Source of the DNA: Eledone cirrhosa
Lineage: Eukaryota
Direction of reading: 5' to 3'
Assembly (NCBI GenBank): GCA_964016885.1
Contig: OZ024743.1
Span: 174,096,001 to 174,160,000 of the forward strand
Length of the DNA stretch: 64,000 bases
The notes under the pieces are model-generated. The model saw only the letters and a list, made by a program, of their open reading frames with translations. It was not told the origin of the DNA and made no database searches. A program made the translations under genes and the position numbers. Within the stretch, counting starts at the first letter, position 1. Every line of letters begins with the position of its first letter. Positions 40,236 through 56,647 of the stretch are shown one piece after another.

Positions 40236-41343
40236 ACTAGGGCTATAACACCCCACTTGCCGATTTTGCAATGGGTAACCCCTGCTTGCCAAGGAAGACG
40301 TAAGATCTTCTTTGTATTCTTTTATCGCTTCCTTTATTTCCTTCCCCCTCTCTCCTTTGTCTTTCTACCCCAGCTCTTCTCCTTTGTCGGCGTCTTTTCT
40401 CGCCCACCCGAGGCTGCCCTTTGGCCCCATGTAGCCTTAGTACCCCCACCACCCCCTCCCCTAGTCTATGATAGATTTGGCGGACTCCGCCCTTTATAGC
40501 AGTTGGCTTAGACCCCGGATACTTGCCCCCTCTTTCCGACCGCTCCCACTATTCTCTGTGCCCTCTATATTTCTTAGTGGCACTTATGCCTTATTTTTTC
40601 GTTTCAGTATTTCTTGCTTCGCTTTTCTTCTGGGCGGGGTGGATTCTGATTTTATTTCTCCGTATTCTACCTTTATTTCGTACGAACTTTCATGTAGCTT
40701 GTTTTAGATCTTTTAGAGTTAGCATTAGTATATATTTTTCTCGGGACTCAGAATTATTATCTCGTACAAGTTCACGTTGCTGCACTGGGTCGTTGCTGGC
40801 CCGGGATGGAAACCTTTATTGTTTATTTCGTGGTAGTCTCTTTAGTATTTTGGCCCCTTTTGTTGACCCGTCACCGTATCATTTACGTACTTATACCTCT
40901 TAAAAGGGTCTTTGCCTATTCCGTCCCACCTAGTTCTTTTACTTATTTCGTTATTTCTTTATTTATTTATTTCTTTACTTCTTTCTTTCTTTCTTTATTT
41001 TATTCTAGCCTAACAATAGCCTGACACCTAGGTCGTAGAATTTAATTTACTTTACTTTTTTCTTTACACTTATTTGCTTTCTTCACTCTCAGTATTTTTT
41101 CCTTCCTATATTTCTACCCCCCATTGTTCTACCTACCGTTCCGACTTCCTCCCCCTCCCCCTCCCCTGTATCTTCTTTGACCTCATGCCCAGCTGTAGCT
41201 GGCACTACCAACGCTTGATTGGGTCTACTCCACCCCCTCCCCTCTTTCTCCTACTGGCAGGTTTAGCCACCATCTCCCCTACTAATTTGCAACCACAGAA
41301 TTACTACTGATTTTTGACAATCACTTTGACCATATATGGAATT

Positions 41344-41437
41344 ACCCCTTGAGAAGATCGGCTATTTAAATACCAGGATAAATTTTCGTTTAGTCCAGAA
41401 TTAGCCGTCGCAACGGCTTGAGCTCAGCTGTCGGGGT
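41344..41437 (+). ncRNA. Type I hammerhead ribozyme, U3-A8 variant, GAAA mutated to GCAA
   Basis: Same fold as 36795-36888 but gcaa at 41410-41413. Confidence 0.65.
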
Positions 41438-41528
41438 CTTACTGGTTCCTATTACCCACTCTACTACCTCAAGTATTGAGTACTTTGGTGCGTTATGGTC
41501 CACCTGGTTCCTTACCACATTTCCTTCG

Positions 41529-41593
<65 letters not shown>

Positions 41594-41643
41594 CATATAC
41601 ATACATATATATATATACACATACACACATCAACTACAAATAT

Positions 41644-41674
<31 letters not shown>

Positions 41675-41811
41675 AATACACACACTCACATATACATGCA
41701 CATATACGTACATATATACACATACACACATATACACATAGACGTGTACATGCGCATACATATACATACACACATATACCCACATAAATACATAGATACA
41801 TATATATACAT

Positions 41812-41890
<79 letters not shown>

Positions 41891-42169
41891 CAATCATACA
41901 CCCTTATTTACATGCGCACATATGTATTTTTATACTCACATACAAACACCCAAACATACATACCTACCTACATATACATACATACATCCACGCTTACAAA
42001 TACAAATAATAATAGGGGGGAAGGGGGGGGGATTATAGTAAATATAGGTTTCAAGAAACATAGAATATTAATCTGCATTTAGATCATAATATGTGTTTAC
42101 ATAGTAGTTTCAGTATTAGGAAATGTAAGAAAGAAGGCAAAATTATGCATTTTAATATAAGTAGACTAT

Positions 42170-42557
42170 TAATTATAGGTTAACTAAATTAAAGATAGTT
42201 AATATATTGATTTCTAAGGTGTATACTACTTAGGTTTATAATATTTGAAGCGGAATTTTGAAGTTAAATAGTAGTAGAGTATTAATTATAGTATAACTAA
42301 ATTAAAATTATTAACGTTATGGTATCAATATTAGGAAATGAATTTAGTAATAGGGAAAAAAAATAAATAAAGTATTACATCGGTAGTAGAATATAAATTA
42401 TAGGTTAACTAAATTAAAAATTATATATTAATTTCTATAGTATATGTTAATTAGGTTTATAATAATTAAAACAGATATTGTATTTTATCTATAGTAGAAT
42501 ATAATTATAGGTAAACAAAAATTAAAATTAATATATACACACACATATATTCATACT

Positions 42558-42619
<62 letters not shown>

Positions 42620-43150
42620 CATATATATATACATATTTTTTCAAAAATTGCAAAGAATATATTACCTAGGTATACATCTAAAACCTATCTCAGTCTATGA
42701 TTACATGACACTCTGCAATCCATCTGTATTAGGATTTTAATTTTAAGCCAATTAAATTAAATTTTTAGGTTAACCAAATTAAAACCAAATTATAAATATA
42801 TTTCTAAATTGTACATTAATTAGGTCTATAATATTAAAAAATATTTCTCTGTCATTGAATACACGATATTTTGTTATATTTTATCTGTAAAGGAATTTTA
42901 ATAAAAGGTTAAATAAATTAAAATTAATCTATAAATTAATTTACAAAGTATATATTAGTAATATTTAAAAGTTTTTCACAATTTATGATTACACAATATT
43001 TTATAATCTCATCTGTAGTAGAATTTTAATTAAATTAAATTTATAGGTTAACTAACATTTAAATTAAATTATATATTAATATCTAAAATAATGTTATTAA
43101 TTAGGTTTATAATATTTAAATGTTTTTCTTAGTTTATGATTACACGATAT
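42170..43150. repeat. Diverged ~110-140-bp tandem repeat in host-PLE 3' region
   Basis: A tataggttaactaaattaaa-like motif recurs about seven times, and likewise at ~57335-58290. Confidence 0.7.
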
Positions 43151-44059
43151 AATTAATTCCTGTCGTTTATTTAATAGGATATCCTTAGATTTCATTATTT
43201 CAAATAGTTCTTGGGAACATAATCTACATTCATTTCTATTATTTTGATAAGGGGTGGCTCTTTTGAGCACACTCCAGGTCATATATTCTATATTCTTATT
43301 TTTATAACTATTGATTTTTTCTGCTAGAGATGTTGTATTAGCCAGTGCGGCATTTTTAAAACTATGTTTGTGGGTATTAAACCTTACCTTAAAATTGTTA
43401 GAAGTAGCTCCTATATATGAGCAAATAGAATCTTTAGTTTTAACATTACATTTATAAACTATGTTGTTAACAAGACAATTTCCTTTTAATGGGCAGTTTG
43501 CTTTGTTTCTACAGTTACAACCTTTCGTTAATTCTGTATTTGAGGAGATATTATGGTTAGTTTGATGTATTGGTGGTATACTTATGGTATTCTTACATTT
43601 ATATGCATTATAGGCACCTATATTTTGTTTTATGTTACTGGTTGTTGTGTATGAGAATTTAACTGTAGACCTATTTAAGATTTGATGGTATTTGTGGTTT
43701 GGCGGGAAGTTTTTCTCTAGGATATAAAAAATTTTTTTAGCAATATTATCCTTAATTTGTAAATTAAATGGAGCATTATACCAAGTAACTCGTCTATTAC
43801 GGTTTCTATGTTGTTTATTATTTTTATAGGTTGTATCGTGATGTTTACTAGGAGGATTAATGTTAATGATCTCACCACGCACATTTTTAGTTAGATTTAT
43901 AGATTTAGGTGTTTTATCTTGTTTATTAGGAGTTTTATTATTAACATTTATTAGAGTTGTATGATGAGTAGTTTTTTGAGAGTTACTATACTTTATATTA
44001 GAAGAGTTGTTGGTATTTTGAGGTATAGGGTGGGTGGCATTTAGGTGTTTACTTTTCAT
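43097..44059 (-). pseudogene. PLE C-terminal fragment (linker + GIY-YIG), 5'-truncated
   Basis: [30 protein letters not shown]...YIG, CRLC and [14 protein letters not shown]. Cut off by (TA)n at ~44098. Confidence 0.9.
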
Positions 44060-44096
44060 TTGGTGTTTGTTGGCAATATTAGGTTGTATGTTTATA

Positions 44097-46450
<2,354 letters not shown>

Positions 46451-47454
46451 TAAATATATGTATCTGTTAGAACACGAAAAGTGTGAAACACAGAATGTTC
46501 ACTTTTCGTGTTCTAACATATATGCCTAGCTTCTTTAAAAATTTTTCGGGGATAGCCGTGGTGGTGGTGATCGTATGTCATTGGCTAATTTTCAACCAAT
46601 CAGAGTACCTCTCTCTATATCTCTTCCACTGTTACTTACGCCTGTTTCTCTCTATCTGTTCCGTCTCTATATATATCTCCTACTCTTTCGCTTTGCACTC
46701 CTCCCCTTCAATACCATCTCTCCCCCTCTCTATATATTTGTTACTCTATCGCTGCACGCTCCTCTCCTTCAATATATCAATTACACACGCTTTACACTCC
46801 TTTATCCCCAGCGCCCCTATATATACACCCCCTCTCCCGCATCTATATTTTAATGTACCGTTGCACCGTGAATATATGTGTCTATATATATATATACATA
46901 TATATTGTATATACACATTCATGTATGTGTATACACACTCATGTATGTATATACACTGGTTTTATGTGTGTATTGTAAATTTGTACTGTTAAAACACGAA
47001 ACTAACATTCGATTGACACTTTGATTACCTGTACAGGCAATAGTTATTAGAATGCTGTTGAAGTGTGTATATATTTTTGGGGGACATCCTGTATATACAC
47101 ACATTATATATAATACAATAAACAGATAAATACACACATATATATATGAGCTTATTTAATTATAAATATTGTGAATTTTTAACTCAGTTCAATTATATAT
47201 ATAAATGGCTTCTACAGGACTAGAACTGTTTCATTCGAAAGAAATCATCATAATATTGAGAGGGGGGACTAGATAAAATATTTCAAATCAAATGTGTATA
47301 AGTTATAAGTTAAAATGTATAAATAGAGACGATAGTGGAGGTATATCTGTTTAGTGGAACAGTAGACGATAGAATTAAATACAGACGATAATCTCCCTTT
47401 AATGAAACAGCAGACGATAGAATTAAGGCAATTTAAATTTTAAGCATTTGCATT

Positions 47455-47506
47455 TTTGCCTTTCATCGTTACGGGGTCGATAAAATAAAGTACCAGTAAT
47501 ACACTG
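47455..47506 (+). mobile_element. SINE fragment
   Basis: tttgcctttcatcgttacggggtcgataaaataaagtaccagtaatacactg. Confidence 0.75.
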
Positions 47507-47653
47507 TCACTAGACGACTTTCAACTTGAATTGTTGGTTCCATTTCTTTAGTATTTTCAATTGTAGTTATCTACTTAAAAAGCGTTACACGGTTAGAGAC
47601 ATAATTCGTAAGTTATATCTTTTCTATTAAACCATTGCATTATTTCGCCTACA

Positions 47654-47839
47654 GGGCGGTGAATTGGCAGTATCGGTAGAGGGTTGGACGCCATGCTTTC
47701 TAGCATAGTTACGTCCCTTTACAGTCTGAGTTCAAATCCCGCCGAGGTTAACTTTGCCTTTCATCCTTACGGGGTCGATAAAATAAAGTACCAGTAATGT
47801 ACTGGGTAATTTGCTGGCCTTGTGCCTAAAGTAGAAACA
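47654..47839 (+). mobile_element. Full-length tRNA-derived SINE with 15-bp TSD
   Basis: A-box-like tggcagtatcgg and B-box gagttcaaatcc. TSD attatttcgcctaca at 47639-47653 and 47840-47854. Confidence 0.9.
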
Positions 47840-48067
47840 ATTATTTCGCCTACAATAGAACAAAAATGAAATGTTCTTTAAAGAAACAGGAATATAACTT
47901 TATAAAAAAAAAAGTTGCATCCGCTTCTTTTATCATTGATAATTTTTTCGTTTTAATATTAATTGTTTTTTGTAGTTGTTTATATTAAAAATCTTACTGT
48001 AATATTTACTTAAACGAAGGCAAACATCTAAACTTATAGATTAATCTTGAGCGAAGGACTAGATAAA

Positions 48068-48176
<109 letters not shown>

Positions 48177-48566
48177 GAAGAATGATAAAATTTCAAGCAA
48201 AGAGTTTAATTAGGTATATTTTGTAATATTATTAACTAATTATTATAATTAACGCGCATATTTTGCTATCCTCAAACACGTTTACACATGGCATGAAATA
48301 TAACTAATCCGAGATGGCTAGGTTTCATCTTCTAACTGGATAAACGAAATCCATTATGTCTTGACAACAACATGAGGTAACATTATGTTATTCACAGACA
48401 CACTTTGTACACTGTTCCATATCAGAATGTATTTCCTTCGTCACATTCACAAACAGTATTGAAAATATGTTCTTCGGCAAATAAAAATGTTTTGTTCATA
48501 ATATTTCAACTAGCGATTGCTCTACTTCACGCACGACCACCATAAATTAATGACCAGCTCAACACA

Positions 48567-48740
48567 AGTATTGGTAGAGCGTCAGACACCATGCTTTGCA
48601 GTATTGTTATGGTCCTTTGCATTCTAAGTTCAAATCCTGCCGAGGTTAACTTCGACTTTCATACTTACTAATTCGATAAAATAAAGTACCAGTAATGGAC
48701 TGCCGTAATGGATTTGTGCCGAAAAATAGAAACACTATTA
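48567..48740 (+). mobile_element. Diverged SINE copy
   Basis: gttcaaatcctgccgaggttaactt...tcgataaaataaagtaccagtaat...tagaaac. Confidence 0.75.
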
Positions 48741-49290
48741 ATGTGCAATAAGAGCAAAATATAACGACATTGCTCAATTATTTTATCTAATGTTGTAATA
48801 ACACAAGGAAATGTTGTTTGTGTATTTTTTTTTATATTTGCTCATAGGCTTTTACAATTTCGCTCAGCCAACAACTATTAAAAAGTGAGTTGCTTAAGAT
48901 AACAATTTAATCACAAATTGTTGCTATCTTTTAATACACTCCAACAAGTCATCAAATTATGTACAATAAAAACAAATCTTATTAATTTGCTCAGGGAATA
49001 TAAAGAAAATGTATATACACTGATAATTGCAAATGTATGTAAATATTTTGTTTTTGTATTGTATATTTTATGTTTTCTATTATGTATAATATATTGATTT
49101 AATATTGATTGTTTTTTGTAGTTGTTTATATTAAAAGTCTGAAAATATTTTTATACATCTTACACTAATATTTATAAGATAATTTATAATAACAATTACA
49201 TAATCTAATTACATTACAACGATAATTTATTATTAATATATATCCTGTTTAACTAGAGTTATTACAAGCGTTGCCTTAAAAAAATATTAA

Positions 49291-50247
49291 ACTAGACATG
49301 AAAAATGCGCAAGCTCAAAAGTGCCACAGAATGTTATAATAAACCTTCAAAAGTGTGGGACTAGAGTTGTTGCTAAAAAATATTGTAATCATTATATATC
49401 GTACATTCTGTGGCATCCTTTATAAAAATAGCTTAAACCAACGAAGCCTTTATTTTTACGCTATTTCACTTAGTTAATTCTTAGAGTGTAACATATAAAA
49501 ATAAATACATCTATGTTTAATGTAATAACAGCTATAAATAATTACGTAATATTATTATCATATACTCATAGTAACAAAATAATTGTGTTGAAACTTAATA
49601 TGATGCTTATATGAACGATCAAATCTATAATGATAATTTCTTAAATATACTAATAGTAAAATAATTTAGTTATCTATTGTTACATTTTCATAGAACTATA
49701 ATATTAACAATCGTATTGCATTATCAAATTTTTATCACTACAAACTTTCATATTGTAATTACCTTAAGCCACTTATTATTACTTCGCTTTCGTACTTTTA
49801 CAGCTGTAGATATTGCGCTGTATCTTATATCTAATATCAATATCTCGTGGTAATTTGCATGAAGTGTAAAATAGGTTTATTAATAACTTTAATATGAAAT
49901 GTATTATACAGGGCTGCGGAGTCGGTCAAAAATTGACTGGCTCCAACTCAGGATCCGATACTCCATTATTTCCTAAATTTCAGCTCCGCAGCTCTGTTAT
50001 TATATTAATTAATTTATTTTATAGTTGTAAATCATATTTTTATATGTTACACTCTAAGAATTAACTAAGTGAAATAGCGTAAAAATAAAGGCTTCGTTGG
50101 TTTAAGCTATTTTTATAAAGGATGCCACAGAATGTACGATATATAATGATTACAATATTTTTTAGCAACAACTCTAGTCCCACACTTTTGAAGGTTTATT
50201 ATAACATTCTGTGGCACTTTTGAGCTTGCGCATTTTTCATGTCTAGT
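49291..50247. mobile_element. MITE-like fold-back element with ~212-bp terminal inverted repeats
   Basis: 49291-49502 is the reverse complement of 50036-50247 (actagacatg...catgtctagt). Non-coding AT-rich interior. Confidence 0.8.
49909..49996. mobile_element. Small hAT-like MITE nested in the fold-back element
   Basis: Termini cagggctgcggag / ctccgcagctctg. 8-bp flanks gtattata / ttattata (7 of 8 match). Confidence 0.65.
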
Positions 50248-50316
50248 ATATATATGTATATATAAATGTATATATATATGTATATATAGATGTATATATA
50301 TATGTATATATATATG

Positions 50317-50363
<47 letters not shown>

Positions 50364-50412
50364 GTATATACATATGTATATATATATGTATATATATATG
50401 TATATATATATG

Positions 50413-50449
<37 letters not shown>

Positions 50450-50492
50450 GTATATATATATATGTATATATATATATGTATATATATATATG

Positions 50493-50539
<47 letters not shown>

Positions 50540-50610
50540 GTATATATATATGTATATATATATGTATATATATATGTATATATATATATATGTATATATA
50601 TATGTATATA

Positions 50611-50651
<41 letters not shown>

Positions 50652-50933
50652 TTATATATGTATATATATATGTGTGTATATATATATATATGTATATATA
50701 TATGTATATATATATATGTGTATGTATATATATATGTATATATATATATGTGTATGTATATATATATGTATATATATATGTATATATATATATATATGTA
50801 TATATATATGTATATATATATGTATATATATATATGTATATATATATATGTATGTATATATATATGTATATATATATATGTATATATATATGTATATATA
50901 TGTATATATATATGTATATATATATGTAATATA

Positions 50934-50978
<45 letters not shown>

Positions 50979-51021
50979 GTTTATATATATATATATGTCT
51001 ATATATATGTATATATATATG

Positions 51022-51054
<33 letters not shown>

Positions 51055-51055
51055 G

Positions 51056-51087
<32 letters not shown>

Positions 51088-51211
51088 TGTATATGTATAT
51101 ATATATATGTATATATATATGTATATATATATGTATATATATATATGTATATATATGTATATATATATATATATGTATATATATATGTAAATATATATAT
51201 GTATATATATG

Positions 51212-51246
<35 letters not shown>

Positions 51247-51475
51247 TGTTATACTTGTGGAGGGTCATATTTGTGTAATATTGCCAGAATTAATAACAGA
51301 ACACACTCACTGTTTGGTTGGTTTTCGCTTCTCGCTGTCTTTTATATCTTTAATCTAGCTTGCTCGGTCCTCAATGTTGCCATTGACTGACCGATATATG
51401 TATATGTATATATATACATATATATATATGTATATATATATGTATATAGATATATGTATATATATATGTATATAC

Positions 51476-51522
<47 letters not shown>

Positions 51523-51534
51523 CATATATATATG

Positions 51535-51566
<32 letters not shown>

Positions 51567-51711
51567 TATGTATATTATATGTATATATATATATATACAT
51601 ATATATATGTATATATATATATATATATATACATATATATATGTATATATATATATATACATATATATATGTATATATATATATGTATATATATATATAC
51701 ATATATATATG

Positions 51712-51758
<47 letters not shown>

Positions 51759-51997
51759 ATATATATGTATATTTATATTTATGTGTATATATATGTATAT
51801 TTATATATATATGTATATATATGTGTATATATATGTCTATATATAAGTATATATGTATATATATGTATATATATATATATGTATATATATATATGATTAT
51901 ATATATATATGATTATATATATATATGTGTATATATATATATATGTGTATATATATATGTGTATATATATATATGTATATATGTATATATATATGTG

Positions 51998-52028
<31 letters not shown>

Positions 52029-52078
52029 GTATATATGTATATATATATATGTATTTTATCTGTATATGTATATATGTA

Positions 52079-52139
<61 letters not shown>

Positions 52140-52276
52140 ATATATATATATGTATATATATATACATATATACATGAAGTTGGCACCCTTAACTCACAGT
52201 TGGGTGCGGATGCATTCATGTATATATGTGTGTGTCCGCATGTATCTGTGTGTTTATAAATGTATATATGTATATA

Positions 52277-52338
<62 letters not shown>

Positions 52339-52410
52339 TATATGTATATATATATGTACACATGTATGTATATATGTATATATATATATGTATATATGTA
52401 TGTATATATG

Positions 52411-52441
<31 letters not shown>

Positions 52442-52612
52442 GTATATATATATATGTATATATGTATATGTATGTATATATACATATATATATGTATATA
52501 TATAAATATATGTATATATACATATGTATATATATATGTATATATATATGTATATATGTATATATATGTATATATATGTATATATATATATGTATATATG
52601 TGTATATATATG

Positions 52613-52645
<33 letters not shown>

Positions 52646-52716
52646 GTATATATATATATGTATATATATATATATGTATATATATATGTATATATATATA
52701 TATATGTATATATATG

Positions 52717-52751
<35 letters not shown>

Positions 52752-52840
52752 GTATATATATGTGTATATATATGTATATATATATATGTATATATATGTA
52801 TATATATATATATATATGTATATATATGTGTATATATATG

Positions 52841-52873
<33 letters not shown>

Positions 52874-53098
52874 GTATATATATATATATGTATACATATA
52901 TATGATTATATATATGTGTATATATATATATATATGTGTGTATATATATATATGTATATATGTATATATATATATGATTATATATATATATGTGTATATA
53001 TATATATATATATGTGTATATATATATATATGTATATATGTATATATATATGTGTATATATATATATGTATATGTATATATGTATATATATATATATA
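50248..53098. repeat. Long (TA)n/TATG microsatellite with short unique islands
   Basis: Direct reading; islands at ~51248-51393 and ~52175-52260. Confidence 0.95.
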
Positions 53099-53239
53099 GT
53101 ATGCTAGGGAAAGGATCAGGGGTGTATAACACTCCACTTATCCAGCAGGCAGTATGAGGTTAGCTCAATGTCTGAGGACAGAGCCGTAATATAATAAATA
53201 AATAACAAAGAACGCTTATAGCATATGCATATCTTTACT

Positions 53240-53285
53240 TGCTAACATTGTTTCATCCACACTATAAGTGGGACTCATCAGAGCA
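53240..53285 (-). ncRNA. Type I hammerhead ribozyme
   Basis: Reverse complement of 54318-54363. Confidence 0.85.
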
Positions 53286-54317
53286 TAAAGGTTAATTACA
53301 TACCATACAAGCAATAACAAATCCAAGACATTGAAGAATGAAAGGTAATAATAGACGATAGAGTATAAGAATAAAAAATAAATAAAAATAAAAGTAAAAA
53401 TAAAAATAAAAATAAAAATAAAAATAAGGGGTGCTATCTGTCACAGTTGGGCGGTGTGCTGTCAACATATAGTTACATACAAGCATACACATGGATAAGA
53501 GAACAGACAAGAGTAGACACATGGATAAGAGAACAGACAAGAGTAGATAAGATAATGGGATTAGGTAAGAGTAGGTAAAAAATAGGTAAAAAATAGGTAA
53601 AAAACAGACTTATAATATATATAAAAAGAAATACAAAGAAATACATAACAAACTTTAATTTTAAAATTTTAAAATTTAAATTTAAATTTTATTTATTTAT
53701 TTAATTTTTATTTATTTATTTCTTTATTTATTTATTTAATTACATTTAATTACATTTAATTATACATATAATTATAATTACACATTTGATTTTAATTTAG
53801 TCTATGTTATTTGATTTTAGTTTACCTTATTTTATCTTATTTTACGATTATACTATATTATGTTCTATGTATATAATTTTTAATTTTTAATTGTATATTA
53901 TTTTATCTCATTCCTTACCCTATATTTTATATTTTATATGTAAGTTTGTTATGTATTTCTTTGTATTTCTTTTTATATATATTATAAGTCTGTTTTTTAC
54001 CTATTTTTTACCTATTTTTTACCTACTCTTACCTAATCCCATTATCTTATCTACTCTTGTCTGTTCTCTTATCCATGTGTCTACTCTTGTCTGTTCTCTT
54101 ATCCATGTGTATGCTTGTATGTAACTATATGTTGACAGCACACCGCCCAACTGTGACAGATAGCACCCCTTATTTTTATTTTTATTTTTATTTTTATTTT
54201 TATTTTTACTTTTATTTTTATTTATTTTTTATTCTTATCCTCTATCGTCTATTATTACCTTTCATTCTTCAATGTCTTGGATTTGTTATTGCTTGTATGG
54301 TATGTAATTAACATTTA

Positions 54318-54363
54318 TGCTCTGATGAGTCCCACTTATAGTGTGGATGAAACAATGTTAGCA
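54318..54363 (+). ncRNA. Type I hammerhead ribozyme
   Basis: tgct CTGATGA gtcccac ttata gtgtggat GAAAC aat GTT agca. Confidence 0.85.
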
Positions 54364-54411
54364 AGTAAAGATATGCATATGCTATAAGCGTTCTTTGTTA
54401 TTTATTTATTA

Positions 54412-54468
<57 letters not shown>

Positions 54469-54491
54469 GTATATGTATATATGTATATATG

Positions 54492-54566
<75 letters not shown>

Positions 54567-54743
54567 GTATATAGGTATGTATATATGTATGTATATATGT
54601 ATGTATATATGTATATATATATGATTATATATATATATGATTATATATATATATGTGTATATATATATATGTGTGTATATATATATATGTGTATATATAT
54701 ATATGTGTATATATATATATGTATATATGTATATATATATGTG

Positions 54744-54776
<33 letters not shown>

Positions 54777-54779
54777 GTA

Positions 54780-54818
<39 letters not shown>

Positions 54819-54881
54819 GTAAAATATAAAAAAAATAATGAATAAAACAATGAAACAGTTCCATATATTAAACAAAAAAAG

Positions 54882-55035
54882 TTCATTATTTAACGATCGT
54901 TTCTAGGATATATATGTGTTAGAATTGGCATGCATATTCAACAGATCTATGTACAAAATTATACAAAATTATACAAACTATCAAAATTAAATATGCATAC
55001 CAACACATATATATGCCGTCTTCAGAAATAATGAA
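54882..55035 (-). ncRNA. Type I hammerhead ribozyme with ~115-nt stem II
   Basis: Paralog of 26445-26598 with intact ctgaaga and gaaacgatcgtt. Confidence 0.78.
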
Positions 55036-55635
55036 ATATATTTATTGATAATAACAACAATTCAAAATTACAGGTCTGTTTGGGAACAGAGTTCAAATTG
55101 ACCAATGAAAACACAAAAAGTTTATACAGTTAGGTGTGTGTATATATGTAAGTAACTTCGTTCACAGATATGCATAAAAATATATGTTCACATGCATACG
55201 CATGCCGAAAAGATGTATGTAAATACAAAAATTCAAGGCTAATGTCTCTGTATGTTTATAATCTACAGATAAAATACGTATACGCATATAAACATATAAA
55301 TATAAAAATAAATATATACACATTCATATACTCACACATTTACATACATTCACACACACACGCGCATATACGCATAAACATACACACAACCACGAACATA
55401 CATACACACACACACCCGCACACACATATATGTGTATATACTATTATCATAAGCATATGGACATTAATGCGCGCACATAAACACTGCCACACATATTTAG
55501 ATCCAGATAGAGAAAGTAGGTGGGGGGGGGAAGAGGTCAGTATTTACTGGTGTCAGCGAACTGCCTATTTATAAATGTATCTATAAATTTAGAAATAAAA
55601 AGAAAAAGAAATAAGAAAAATATTAAGAAAATATA

Positions 55636-55714
<79 letters not shown>

Positions 55715-55748
55715 AAGTAAAATATAAAGTATACATCGATATACATAC

Positions 55749-55785
<37 letters not shown>

Positions 55786-56110
55786 CATACATATACATAC
55801 ACATATACATAAACACATACATACACATACATATACATACACACACCATATAAATACACATACACATACACACACGCATACATATAGAGACACATACATA
55901 TACACATATAAATACATAGACATATACACATATACACACATATATATATATACATACACACATACACATACATATACATTCACAACACACACATATATAT
56001 ATATATATACATATAAATATATACACACATATCTATACACATATATAAACACACTCATGTATATACACACATACACATACATACCCACACATATATATAT
56101 ATATACACAT

Positions 56111-56148
<38 letters not shown>

Positions 56149-56239
56149 ATATATACACACATACATACACACATATACACACACACACATACAAAGATAT
56201 ATATATATATATATATATATACATACACACATATAATAA

Positions 56240-56292
<53 letters not shown>

Positions 56293-56554
56293 TATATATA
56301 TAACATACACATACATACTCATACATAGACATACATATATACACACACATACACACACATATATACATATATAAATAGGGATACATATACACATATAAAT
56401 ATATACACACATACACACACACACATATGCATACACATACATACACTCATACATATATATACATATATAGAGACACATATACACATATAAATATATATAC
56501 ACATACACACACACACACATATACATACACATACATACACACATACATATATAT

Positions 56555-56647
<93 letters not shown>

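Larger units (their letters stand above)
36784..41532 (+). mobile_element. Near-intact Penelope-like retroelement with 1.2-kb inverted arms, inserted in (TA)n
   Basis: Inverted repeat 36784-37988 / 40245-41448 flanking an RT + GIY-YIG ORF, with (TA)n on both sides. Confidence 0.93.
53189..54414. mobile_element. ORF-less fold-back element with an HHR in each arm (PLE-type terminal sequence, family 5)
   Basis: Inverted repeat 53189-53655 / 53942-54414 with an AT-rich spacer. Confidence 0.82.

Noticed and set aside
36922-41310. Mirror-image short hydrophobic ORFs on both sides of the PLE
   Set aside because: They are duplicated only because of the 1.2-kb inverted repeat and have no recognisable motifs.
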